From a virus (Duplodnaviria; Caudoviricetes), in the IMG/VR virus record IMGVR_UViG_3300029309_000018, positions 1,639-65,638 of that record: 64,000 nucleotides of DNA, one strand, 5' to 3'. Within the stretch, counting starts at the first letter, position 1, and each line of letters begins with the position of its first letter. Of the stretch, positions 36,601-45,580 are shown in pieces. A model generated the notes under the pieces. The model made no database searches. It was not told where the DNA came from and saw only the letters and a program-made list of their open reading frames with translations. The position numbers and the translations under genes were made by a program.

Positions 36601-39600
36601 TAACGGAATACACAGGTTGTGGTCTTGTGAATCCAAACTCAGAAAGCACAGCAGGATCTGAAACCGTTCCATACTGCAGAGACAGAATTATCTTAGGTGA
36701 CTTGTGTGTGGGACGAATCCACTCCAGCCTGATGTCTTTGTTGCTTCTGCCCCCATCAGGGAAAGAAATTACATTCTGACCGTCTTTGTGACCCTGTGAA
36801 TGCCAAGCAAACATCAACTGTTGTATGGCAGTCTCTACATCTGGAAACTTTGAGTTCTCTGTTATCTCTTTTTCATGGCCTCTTTCTTGGATGTGATACT
36901 TGCCAAATCCAAAAGGTCTACCAGCGGCATCCTCTCCGTGATTACCTGCGAACAACAGCACTGGCACAGGATTGTTGCCATCTTTGATGACCCCAAACAA
37001 AGAGTTGTATCTTTCAAACTTTGGAAACTTCTTCGGTGCCGGTATTGTTGCGAAAGCGTTTGATGGAGATGTAGAAAACTTCTTTGTTGAACGCGGCAGC
37101 GACTCCAGCATTGACTGTATTTTATCAAGATCCTGAAGCTGTTCTTCGTTTAGATCTCCAAGAGTAGGCTCATCGTTTTCAAAAAGCTGTATGACCTCAG
37201 CTCTGCTGGTGTCTAACTGTCTGTTTACTGAGTTAGGATTAAGAGCCGCTCCATTTTGTGCATCAACAGCGTCATCATAATCTAGGAAACGCTCGCCCTC
37301 ATTGTCTCCATTCTTGTATGTAAACCTTCTTTTCGGGTTGTAATACATGAAGACGACATCAGGCTCCCCGTTATTGAATGCAGAATACTTTTCTTTATCC
37401 CATCCCTCTGGGGCAAACTCGTCATTCCACGATGTTCTTGACCTGATTGTAAAACCATTAGCGCTGTAGGCACCGGGGAGGAAAGTATCAAATGCATCTA
37501 GTTTGTTGCCACCCTCTTCCACAGCCAATCTAATTGCAGAATAGTTAAATCCTGAATGAACTGGCTTCCTAAGAACGTCACTGATAACTGTTCCTTTTCC
37601 ACGATCCTGACCCTCTACAAATGGTGTTCTGGGAGTGTTAAAAACAGATACTATGTCTTTCACCCCTTCTATTTCACCATCTTTTATTGCAAAGCCAGCT
37701 CTGCCATCCTCTGTTAAGAACAGCCTCATGTCAGCATATCCAGTGTCATCCTGATTGGTTTCTGTAGGATAAACATAAACAGACGCTCCAAGCGGGCCTT
37801 GAGCAGTTTTTGCCGCATCTATTGCTTCAGAAAACTGTTGAGCAGATCTTATCGTTTGAGCTAACTCGTATATCACAGGGACTTTTATTCCCTGTTCGTT
37901 ATATAATCTTTTTGCAAAGGGTAGTGCTGAATACTCTACAGCTACATCATATCTGCCCACTCTTCGGCTTGATCTCTGTCTACGCCATACTCGTCCATTA
38001 TCCCCCGCACCAATCCTGACGGCGATGGTCGCAGCCTTTGCTGGGCTGACGCTGTACTTGAGGTTTGAGGCGGTATCGACTTCAGCAGACTGTCTGCTAA
38101 TTCCTCCATCCTCTCGTCCGGCACTTGAGTCAGGGTTGATTCTGTCTCTGTCTGTAGGGGGAAGTGCTTCTGCAATTTGCTCATCTGTAAATCCTTCTCT
38201 TCTGGCGTACTCTATCGCTCCATCAACATAGTCATTATCTGCCCCTGTGCTTTGTGTACCCATAGAAGCAAGGAGTCTTTTTTCGTGATACCACATGAGT
38301 GCTTGAAAATCGGCATTGTTGATATCTATGCCGGTCTTTTCTTTCAAAAGTTCCCTAGAACTTTCTGCGGCAAGCCTCATGATATTTCGTTCTGTGCCGT
38401 TTCTTGGTGTTGCCTGCTCGAACTTGCCACTTAAATTTTGTGCATGTGTGTCTGCCGCTTGGAACAAAGGCGTTTTATCTGGTCTCTCATCTGCACGAGC
38501 TTTTCCAAATCTATTGAATATCCTTTGGAATTTTGCATTCAAAGCAACGGCAAACTGGTCTACATTCTGACCCTCTATTGAGTCAAAACCCTCATCAAGC
38601 ATTACATCGTCTACAAGGGTTTGCTCAAAATCAGTTAGATCACCCTCAAGAAGATCCTGTATTCTTGATCTGTTTTTAGCATTGGTGGCATCTGCGGGTT
38701 CTTTGAACGGCTTACCGATGATTCGGTTCCACATACGCATCCACCACATGTCCATAGTGAGAGCATCGAACTCACCATTTAGATTCATGTAGAAACCGTT
38801 GCCTATTTTAGCCCCAAGTATGTGAGCGACTCTGACCTTTGTGTCTTGTAACTCTCCGCTTGGTATCGTTATGCCAAGCTCTTTTATGAGAGGGTTATTT
38901 TTTAACTCTCTTACAGTTGTTTCTTGAGTGAGATAGTTCTGTATTTCTACGTCACTCATTCCTTTTTTGCTTTTTAGCACGTTATAAAATGCAAATGCCT
39001 TACGCATTGCCGCCGCGCCTTTGTCACCGTATCCATCACCCTTGAAGAGACCAGTCTCTTTCCAGACTTTGTACTCTTCCATAGCACTTACAAAGTTCTG
39101 GTTTACAGAGAGTCCATTTGATGTAACAGCCATAGCAAATGTGAATGCTGCCCTAGCTTCCGGGTCATTTAATATCTGTTGATTGCCGCCCTCAATCTGT
39201 CCCATGAACTCAAACATGGTTGCCACTTTATCTTCGTACCAACCGATTGCGTTCTTATCACCGCGAAGAGCCGCCTCTGCCTCTGCCGCCATGATCATGA
39301 CTATTTTCTTAAAATCTTTGGGATCTTGAGGATCGAGAGTTATGTTGCCTCGTTCTTCCTGCAAAAGCCTGAGAGATGTGGCAACTCTTGGCCTTACAAC
39401 ATCACCTCTTTCATTAAAAACCCTAGTGTCGATGAAGTTGCTATTTTCATCAATCCTATGCAACACAGATGCTTGCGCCAGCTTTTCACTGATACCCAAC
39501 TGTGACTTGGCAACATTTGACTTTACCCTTTCAGGAGTTGCCTTGAATGGCTCTATGGAGCTTGGAGATGTTGAATATTTGTTGGGACCGTTTACAGGCT

Positions 39601-40216
39601 TTGTTACAATCCTTTTTCTTGAGCCTAGCTGTTTTGTTCTATCTTCTGTTTTTATGTTTTCAAATATCGATGCGGCAGAGTCGAAGCCTTCATCGTTATG
39701 CGCTCCTGCAATCGCCTTGAAGAACTTTATTATCCTGTCTAAGAGATTCTTTGGCTTACCTGCAATTTTGAGTCTGCCGTCAGCGTAAGCGCGGAACATT
39801 TCAGCAATCGCCTCTTCTTCCAGAAGGCTTTGCATCTGATCTTCGTTAAGGTTTGGATCTGTCGGGTTTAATAGCTGTGCGCGATCAAAGAACGTGTAAG
39901 CTCTTTTCTCCCCTTTGCCCTGTTTAATGGCAACGTACTTTGTATTGCGAGCCGCTTTGACAAGAGTCTGATATTCTGCATCAGTGAACAGGCCAAGTTC
40001 TTTTAGAGCGTGTATGATCTCATGATCCAACACGTTCCTCATGGATGTTACAAACTCATCATCAGTCAGGGTGGGGTCATATATTGACATGGCAAGAGAT
40101 ATGGAACGCTTGCTAGGATCAAATACACCCTCAGTATTAGGATCTTTTACTCCTGCCTCTCGCTCTATGTAGTCATCTACACTAAGAGCAACGTCACCAA
40201 TACCAAGGCTCCGCAT
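33596..40216 (-). CDS. Large polyvalent ejection protein, C-terminal part (metallopeptidase, GNAT-like, LPD38)
   Basis: 2206 aa; HEIIH...EEAIAE, LDAFD...YSANGF, AARNVTVDFAKGG and IPMPYGLN LPD38 motifs; frame open upstream to 40369. Confidence 0.8.
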   Translation of the reverse strand: MRSLGIGDVALSVDDYIEREAGVKDPNTEGVFDPSKRSISLAMSIYDPTLTDDEFVTSMRNVLDHEIIHALKELGLFTDAEYQTLVKAARNTKYVAIKQGKGEKRAYTFFDRAQLLNPTDPNLNEDQMQSLLEEEAIAEMFRAYADGRLKIAGKPKNLLDRIIKFFKAIAGAHNDEGFDSAASIFENIKTEDRTKQLGSRKRIVTKPVNGPNKYSTSPSSIEPFKATPERVKSNVAKSQLGISEKLAQASVLHRIDENSNFIDTRVFNERGDVVRPRVATSLRLLQEERGNITLDPQDPKDFKKIVMIMAAEAEAALRGDKNAIGWYEDKVATMFEFMGQIEGGNQQILNDPEARAAFTFAMAVTSNGLSVNQNFVSAMEEYKVWKETGLFKGDGYGDKGAAAMRKAFAFYNVLKSKKGMSDVEIQNYLTQETTVRELKNNPLIKELGITIPSGELQDTKVRVAHILGAKIGNGFYMNLNGEFDALTMDMWWMRMWNRIIGKPFKEPADATNAKNRSRIQDLLEGDLTDFEQTLVDDVMLDEGFDSIEGQNVDQFAVALNAKFQRIFNRFGKARADERPDKTPLFQAADTHAQNLSGKFEQATPRNGTERNIMRLAAESSRELLKEKTGIDINNADFQALMWYHEKRLLASMGTQSTGADNDYVDGAIEYARREGFTDEQIAEALPPTDRDRINPDSSAGREDGGISRQSAEVDTASNLKYSVSPAKAATIAVRIGAGDNGRVWRRQRSSRRVGRYDVAVEYSALPFAKRLYNEQGIKVPVIYELAQTIRSAQQFSEAIDAAKTAQGPLGASVYVYPTETNQDDTGYADMRLFLTEDGRAGFAIKDGEIEGVKDIVSVFNTPRTPFVEGQDRGKGTVISDVLRKPVHSGFNYSAIRLAVEEGGNKLDAFDTFLPGAYSANGFTIRSRTSWNDEFAPEGWDKEKYSAFNNGEPDVVFMYYNPKRRFTYKNGDNEGERFLDYDDAVDAQNGAALNPNSVNRQLDTSRAEVIQLFENDEPTLGDLNEEQLQDLDKIQSMLESLPRSTKKFSTSPSNAFATIPAPKKFPKFERYNSLFGVIKDGNNPVPVLLFAGNHGEDAAGRPFGFGKYHIQERGHEKEITENSKFPDVETAIQQLMFAWHSQGHKDGQNVISFPDGGRSNKDIRLEWIRPTHKSPKIILSLQYGTVSDPAVLSEFGFTRPQPVYSVRTAYPDLKARKLSRSFSRSAYAPIDTGSTSFVANESNNHISYSSAYNTIAKIVGLRGLVSEQKARDISQGFITKFQDAFLPVGIMIDKLKEQGMTIADGMDTYLQETLFHGKTGDIINSKQKDMYEPIARLVSNINVSDDDFARLEGRSFSNEFDKGSYAAQSLKETGSKRMAVVDAFLYALHAKERNAYISSINNDLDNGSGMTDAEADYILSWVDSLDPSNRDLLSNIRESVREVVDDTNAIRVASGLTPDFNSNEPITLESGEVKQPPQYDNYVPLRGIFDSDGEASEDGYYTGAVTNKGYSVRGREDRKALGRQEYATNILAATFLQNQNAVIRSERNKVGLSFLKLLRADKQITSQFAQELDSIPLTRGLVKGSVRTIVDRNAMNDPNIVAVKENGKHVYIEVRDRRLANALKGSTGVSTQTSNAVVRGLGKINRYLSNINTSLNPEFIITNLFRDIQTAGVNVNQYEIKGLTSEVARNMKEAFGSLRRVIRDDENVQDDPNIPVSELTGAALFRRFQRAGGQNATNQISDLSDQIANIKKLTDDIAEQGARGQWNAVKNSFIGKKTGSMLKFLEDYNTVAENAIRVATFKALAPRIGEQRAAFAARNVTVDFAKGGEYKTLMNSMYLFYNASLQGTFAMLSAATRSAKVRKIWVGLMVSGLVLDQVNAAFSEEDEDGQLVYDKVPDYILEHNIIFRDPIGVTDRSHITIPMPYGLNMAVNIGRSLSRMVRGGYSPSEAADSAIMTMIDTLNPLGGTESFANFVAPTVADPFIDLVQNEDFANKPIYKETSPFDPTPPPDSQLYWSTTSPSAKWIANWLNSLDGSTIEKGTLDVSPDVIEFWVGYLTGGIGRFTQMTGDFAAVTLPKALEEGFSDDMTRKIPFTRKVVYSVSNREDLSTYIDKRDRVLQAREVLMDGLERGDRALIDRAREKYADELRIAGAIKSINNGRNRLLRKMAQIKDNPRIPEEQKQKILERMSEQVETIVQRGNVLMKDL

Positions 40217-40251
40217 ATATTTGCGTAATCTTCTGGCAACTCTCTTTCGTT

Positions 40252-42111
40252 TTAACTGATATTCGTCACGGAACTTTGCAGTTTCTGCTTCTTTGGCAAC
40301 CTTGCTTGCCTCTTCTGCCTCTTCTCTTTCTGTCTTTGCTTTTTCTTCAGCAACACGAGCCTTCTCTCCTCAGCATCCTTAATATCAGACTCGGCCTCAG
40401 CTAATAGTCTCTTAGGCTCCTCTACAGCCCTTTCTATGGACTCTATTTGTTGATTAGCGCTCTCTACCGCCACTGGATTATTTTCTTCCAGAGCTTTATC
40501 TCTGAGTTCTATAGCGGCTCTTTTAGGAGCTTCTATCTTTTCTATCTCAGCCCGCGCTTTGTCTCTTTGCTGTTTTTGCGTGTAAAGAGGATCTAATCTT
40601 GGATCATCAGGCAGGACGTATCTGCCTCTTTCTTTGTGTACAACAAGCCCCTCAGACTCAAGATCTCTAAGTATCTCATCCACAACCTCTGTTGAGTCAG
40701 TGTTGATTGCTCTTTTTATTTGACCTTTGTGTACTCTTCCACGTTTAGCTATCTCTTTCTTGGCATCATCTTTTTGCTTTACAGAAAATATAGGTGCGGC
40801 TGGCTTTGGTGATATATCTGGCCTCTGCAAGGCATCAAACTGCTCTGCAACATCCTCTCCAAATACTTTTGTTATTTCTTCTTTTGTTACGTCAGCATCA
40901 GGGGTTATTCCCGTGCCTTCTCTGGATCGCTGTACTGCGCTTGCGCCTTCTGGGCTTAGTGACGTAAGTGGAACAGGCATAAATGGTCTAACAGCCTGCT
41001 TTGCCGCCCTTGCAAGACTTAACGCTTTCTGCTCGTCTGTTAGATTAGTATCTTGAACCTCAGCTTCTGCTGTTTCTATAACCTCTTCTTCTACAGGCTG
41101 ACGCAAATCAAAGCCAACTTTACCAGCTCTTATTCTTGCATCTGCACGGTCACCTTCTTCAACCGCATCTTCTTGTAATTGTCTTTGTGCTTCGGCTATT
41201 TCTTTTTTGTTTTTATCACCACCAACAATGTTGGTTGTGCCTCTGACAGTTCCACCGACAAGACCAGCGGCGACAGCAACCTCTACATATTCATCTATGG
41301 CTTCTTGACTAGTTAAGTCTTTTCCAGCTTGCATACGCTCAAGAAGTTGTTGACCGACTTCTGTAGGCACTTCTGCGGCGGCACCTATGCCTACACCTTT
41401 TATACCTCTTGAGAATATGCCGCCTCCCCCAAGAAACTTGGGGTTTATAACCCTTCCTATTAAAATTCTATCTGCTATTAAATCTAGCAAGGACTGAGGT
41501 ATAGCCGTTAGGGCGGCGACACCCTCATCTATCTCTGCTTTACGTCCAGCCTCTACCTCTTCTTTCTGTGCCTCACGGTTCATGCCGTAAAAGAAAGGTA
41601 GATTTGCCGCTAAACCACCCGCCACGGTGCCGACAATCATACCACCGGGGCCAAGGACAGAGCCTATCGCACCACCAGCCGCACTAGCGCCTATTGTAGA
41701 TGCCAGTTGTGGGACTTGTTCGCCAAGAGTTTCTTTGAAAAAATCAAACGCACTTCCGATGTCTTGCACATCGTCAAGTCTTGTAGCATTTGCACCAGAT
41801 TTCTTGAGATCTTCTTTCTGAGTCTCGACTATACCTTCGCCGACTTCTTCAAGCCATTCTACGCCTGTGCTTTTACCAAGACCCTCAACAGCAGAGCCGA
41901 GTCCTAACTGTAATGTGTCTATGCCGCCGCCAAGCGCACCAAAAAAGCCTCGACTCTCGTCAGTCTCCACAAGATCTTCTGTGGGCTGACCGTCAAGTCT
42001 AGCTATATTTTCATTGATCCTTTGTAGTTCTTCGGGGGTTGGCTCTACCCCTGCGATCTCAAAGTTGTAGTATTGACCTGAGTTTGGCGCTTTTGCTTGT
42101 ATTATAGGCAT
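40252..42111 (-). CDS. Large polyvalent ejection protein, N-terminal part (frameshifted from 33596..40216)
   Basis: 619 aa; Gly/Ala-rich hydrophobic segment, EVPTEVGQQLLER; C-terminal tail looks out of frame. Confidence 0.7.
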   Translation of the reverse strand: MPIIQAKAPNSGQYYNFEIAGVEPTPEELQRINENIARLDGQPTEDLVETDESRGFFGALGGGIDTLQLGLGSAVEGLGKSTGVEWLEEVGEGIVETQKEDLKKSGANATRLDDVQDIGSAFDFFKETLGEQVPQLASTIGASAAGGAIGSVLGPGGMIVGTVAGGLAANLPFFYGMNREAQKEEVEAGRKAEIDEGVAALTAIPQSLLDLIADRILIGRVINPKFLGGGGIFSRGIKGVGIGAAAEVPTEVGQQLLERMQAGKDLTSQEAIDEYVEVAVAAGLVGGTVRGTTNIVGGDKNKKEIAEAQRQLQEDAVEEGDRADARIRAGKVGFDLRQPVEEEVIETAEAEVQDTNLTDEQKALSLARAAKQAVRPFMPVPLTSLSPEGASAVQRSREGTGITPDADVTKEEITKVFGEDVAEQFDALQRPDISPKPAAPIFSVKQKDDAKKEIAKRGRVHKGQIKRAINTDSTEVVDEILRDLESEGLVVHKERGRYVLPDDPRLDPLYTQKQQRDKARAEIEKIEAPKRAAIELRDKALEENNPVAVESANQQIESIERAVEEPKRLLAEAESDIKDAEERRLVLLKKKQRQKEKRQKRQARLPKKQKLQSSVTNIS

Positions 42112-42121
42112 AGGCCATACC

Positions 42122-44176
42122 TCAACTTGTAGAAGCTACATTGATAGCTGGCACTCCTGCCATACCTCTTAATTGTGCCGCTCTTGATAATAAAGAATCT
42201 CTAGCCTCAAAGTTTTCTGGCTTTTCCGCAGCCAAGAGAAGTTTATTGGCTTCCTGTAAAAGTGTGTTCTTATCCAACACGTTTGTATCAGCAGATTTTC
42301 TTAGCTTGGCTCTGGCGTTGATAAGATCAATGACACCCTCAGAGTAGCGATCCTGCGCTTCTTTCATAGCTTTGAGTCCTGATATACCAGCCTCACCAAC
42401 AGCACCCAACAGCCTTGGATTCTTCGATGACATTAGAGCCAGACCAGCCTGAGCCAAGGCCAGATACTTATCTGTCTCACGATCCTTTTCTAACTTAGAT
42501 TGAAGGGCAAGTATTTCTCCCTCTAGACCTGTGGCCTCCTGACCTTTGCCAAGAGCATCTTGTAGTTGCTTTACTAAGTCTGTTGTTTTCTGTCCTGTCG
42601 TGGTTTCTGTGGTGGTTTCTTTGCTGGTTCCTGTTGCAACGGACTTTCCTGCTGGTGCCGCTTCAGTCTCTGTAGTTCTTAATTTTGGTAAATCATCTTT
42701 CTTTACAACCCTTTTGTCATCTGTGACGATGTTCCCTCTTCTTATCCCCGGTATGTCCTTCTCACCAACCCCAACAGTTTTTGTCGTTGCAATTTGATCA
42801 GGCGCACCCATACCAACTTCCATAGTTTCATCCAAAAGACCCTGAGACAAATTACCCCTTTGACCAGCGACAAGCGCAGGATTTGGCTTCGCATAACCCT
42901 TTGCTTCAGGAAGGCTTAGATCATCAGGGATAATGCTTTTTATCATGTCAAAAATATTTCCTGACTGTCTTTCCTCTCCACCTGTTTTTTCTCTTAAAGC
43001 AGGCACCCTTTCGTCAAATACTTCTTTTGGAGTTTTTCTAGCGAGTGACGGGTCATCCTGTAACATTTCAACATCAGTTTGTGATGTAACAGGCATCATA
43101 GTTGCTGCCTGCGCCGTTGGGATCAAAGCATCCATCAAAGAAAAGTTACTTGTAACTTTTTCCTGTGGGGCAAGGTCTTCTGCCAGTATCTGCTGGACCA
43201 TGTCTGGATCATCTGTGCCAGCGGCTCTTATGGCTCTGTCTATCTGTGCCTGAGAAAACGGCTGTTGACCCTGCTCGAAACCAACTATTGCAGGTATCAA
43301 GTCAGACCCTCTGCCTGCAAGATCGATCTCTTCATCCGGCCCTATGCCTGTTTTTTGAGATAGAAAATCTATATAGCTCTCTGTTGGATTCTCTGACTTA
43401 GGCGCATATCTGTTGGCAAGACCTCTGATTGTGTTTAATCCATACTCATCACCATATGTCATGAGAAGACGCTGTATCGCTCTTAGCCCTTCATCATCAC
43501 TGGCAAATGTAGAGTACCCACTGCCTTGGCCTGTCTCACCTATAAATCCAGCGCCGGGGCGTATGTTGCCGGGGTTTCTCTGACGCAAACCAAGAGGCAG
43601 TCCGTTCTGTGCTTTAATCACACCGCCCTCTTCAAAACCAAGGACATCCCTGATGTTTCCTATGATATCCCTGTCACCGCCAAAGCCTATTTTACTGGCA
43701 AGAGAATCACCATCATCATCTCTTTCTTTTTTTGTGCCTAGAAAAGTATTGCCTTGGAACAAGCCTATCTTTCCGCTCTTCATGCGTCTTTCTTCTATTC
43801 TTGGCCTGCTTGCTCCACCGGCAGACATAGACATGATACCGCCTTCATACATGGGCATTGCACCCATAGGGGCTTTCATGGGAGCGGACATCACAGAGCC
43901 TATACCGCCTTCTGCCATAGATGCCTTTGGTGCCATAGCCTCAGACATACCCATGATACCACCTTGCGGCACACCAGCGGCGGCAACTGCTTCTTGCGCT
44001 ACAGTTTGCTCTTTAGCTGCCTGATCTGATTTAAACTGATCGCGCATACGCTTACGGCGTGTGATCTCACTCAGAACAAGAAACTGAGGGGCATTACCTG
44101 AAGGTCTTTGCATCTCGTTAATAAGCTGCTCTTCAGAAAAGTTTTTTAGATTGTCCTGAATGTCGATTATGTTCAT
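42122..44176 (-). CDS. Internal virion/ejection protein with lysozyme-like domain
   Basis: 684 aa; GLRQRNPGNIR...EGLRAI...TIRGLANRYAP motif of virion muralytic-type domains. Confidence 0.65.
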   Translation of the reverse strand: MNIIDIQDNLKNFSEEQLINEMQRPSGNAPQFLVLSEITRRKRMRDQFKSDQAAKEQTVAQEAVAAAGVPQGGIMGMSEAMAPKASMAEGGIGSVMSAPMKAPMGAMPMYEGGIMSMSAGGASRPRIEERRMKSGKIGLFQGNTFLGTKKERDDDGDSLASKIGFGGDRDIIGNIRDVLGFEEGGVIKAQNGLPLGLRQRNPGNIRPGAGFIGETGQGSGYSTFASDDEGLRAIQRLLMTYGDEYGLNTIRGLANRYAPKSENPTESYIDFLSQKTGIGPDEEIDLAGRGSDLIPAIVGFEQGQQPFSQAQIDRAIRAAGTDDPDMVQQILAEDLAPQEKVTSNFSLMDALIPTAQAATMMPVTSQTDVEMLQDDPSLARKTPKEVFDERVPALREKTGGEERQSGNIFDMIKSIIPDDLSLPEAKGYAKPNPALVAGQRGNLSQGLLDETMEVGMGAPDQIATTKTVGVGEKDIPGIRRGNIVTDDKRVVKKDDLPKLRTTETEAAPAGKSVATGTSKETTTETTTGQKTTDLVKQLQDALGKGQEATGLEGEILALQSKLEKDRETDKYLALAQAGLALMSSKNPRLLGAVGEAGISGLKAMKEAQDRYSEGVIDLINARAKLRKSADTNVLDKNTLLQEANKLLLAAEKPENFEARDSLLSRAAQLRGMAGVPAINVASTS

Positions 44177-45168
44177 TAGCCAACAAGCCCTTTATACAAA
44201 CCAAGACCAGCTATACCCGTGCCAAGAAGTTCCTGTATGGGATTATAAGCCTGAAATTTTTGTGTTTCTGTAGATGGCTGCACAGGTATGCCTCTTAGTA
44301 TTGAAGAGAAGAACTGCAACTGTTCTCTTGGGAAATCTCTTTGCCTGACAAAATCTTCGTATGCAGTTGTTAGCTGTTGCTGCTCTCTTGCACGTTGTGC
44401 CTGACCTATGCCCTCAAGGAGTTGTGCCGCCTCTACATCTCCGGCTCTAGCTCTTTGACCCAGTTCAGTTAATTGTGCTGCTTGCTGACCGGCAAGCTCT
44501 GTAGCTCCCAATCCAAGTTTTTCTGCGGCCTGTCTCTCTGCCGCCTGCGCTTGTTCTACACCTACCCTTGCCGTTCGGTCTCTTTCAAATTGTTGTTGCG
44601 CCTGTTCAAACGCTTGCTGTTGACCAGTTGCCTGTATTTCTGCCAACTGTCTGCCAAGCGCCTCTTGCGCTAAACCCTCTTGAACGGCCTGCCTTGATCC
44701 ACCAAAAGCCCCAGCCTGAACCGCTCTGGTATTTCTACCGGCTCTTTGTCTGGCATCGTCCAGTATCGCCTGCTGCTTTTGCACATCAATAACATTTTGA
44801 ATATAAGGAGACATGTACTGTTGAGCCGCTGCTGAATCAAACTGACCAGCAGGAGTAAACTGTGTGGCTTGAAAACCCTGACCTTGAGCGGCTCTCAGTA
44901 TATTTTGAGCGGTTGTTAACTGTGCCTCTGGAAGCCCAGCTATACCTGCGCCAGCAACATCTCTTACCTTTTGTTCTGAATCCAGAACATCTTGAGGCGT
45001 GGACGCCAGTCTCTGTTGATCATACGGCGTATACCCAGACTTTGACTCAGCCTCTGTTCTTTCTAACAGACGCTCAAAGTAAGGCTGCACATATTCAGGC
45101 AAGTTTGACTGAACAACAGTTGATTCTGTTGGTGGGGCTGGACCGCCCCCGCCGCCGCCTTTACCCAT
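44176..45168 (-). CDS. Internal virion (DNA pilot/ejection) protein
   Basis: 330 aa Gln/Ala-rich; MGKGGG start, YMSPYIQNVID, AGAFGGSR. Confidence 0.7.
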   Translation of the reverse strand: MGKGGGGGGPAPPTESTVVQSNLPEYVQPYFERLLERTEAESKSGYTPYDQQRLASTPQDVLDSEQKVRDVAGAGIAGLPEAQLTTAQNILRAAQGQGFQATQFTPAGQFDSAAAQQYMSPYIQNVIDVQKQQAILDDARQRAGRNTRAVQAGAFGGSRQAVQEGLAQEALGRQLAEIQATGQQQAFEQAQQQFERDRTARVGVEQAQAAERQAAEKLGLGATELAGQQAAQLTELGQRARAGDVEAAQLLEGIGQAQRAREQQQLTTAYEDFVRQRDFPREQLQFFSSILRGIPVQPSTETQKFQAYNPIQELLGTGIAGLGLYKGLVG

Positions 45169-45580
45169 TGCTCATCTCCATTCTATAAGCGATATACTCA
45201 GGATTCCAACCATATTTTCCAAGCCATCGACCCCATGCCTTACGACCGTAGGCTTCTAGATGTGTGCATTTGTTGTCTTTTGCAAAACTTTCCATAGTTT
45301 TCTGCGCTATCGGCAACCACTCTTTCATTCTAGAACCTCCAAGCCAGTCCATAGCCATAGCTCTTTTGCCCGGATATTCTATTATTCTTGTGGTTATGGC
45401 TGCTATCACTTTTTCTTCTTCCATTATAACCCAGAGAACATATAAATCACTTTGTATGCCGTGAAATAAATCATCAATATGGTACTTTCCATTTGATGTA
45501 TCCACAGATTTATTCATCACCCTTGCAACATCAGCCCAAACAGCGCCCACGGCCTCTTTGGGAACCGCAGAAATCATCAT
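45161..45580 (-). CDS. GNAT-fold protein
   Basis: 139 aa; WLGGSRMKEW, CTHLEAYGRKAWGRWL. Confidence 0.6.
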   Translation of the reverse strand: MMISAVPKEAVGAVWADVARVMNKSVDTSNGKYHIDDLFHGIQSDLYVLWVIMEEEKVIAAITTRIIEYPGKRAMAMDWLGGSRMKEWLPIAQKTMESFAKDNKCTHLEAYGRKAWGRWLGKYGWNPEYIAYRMEMSNG

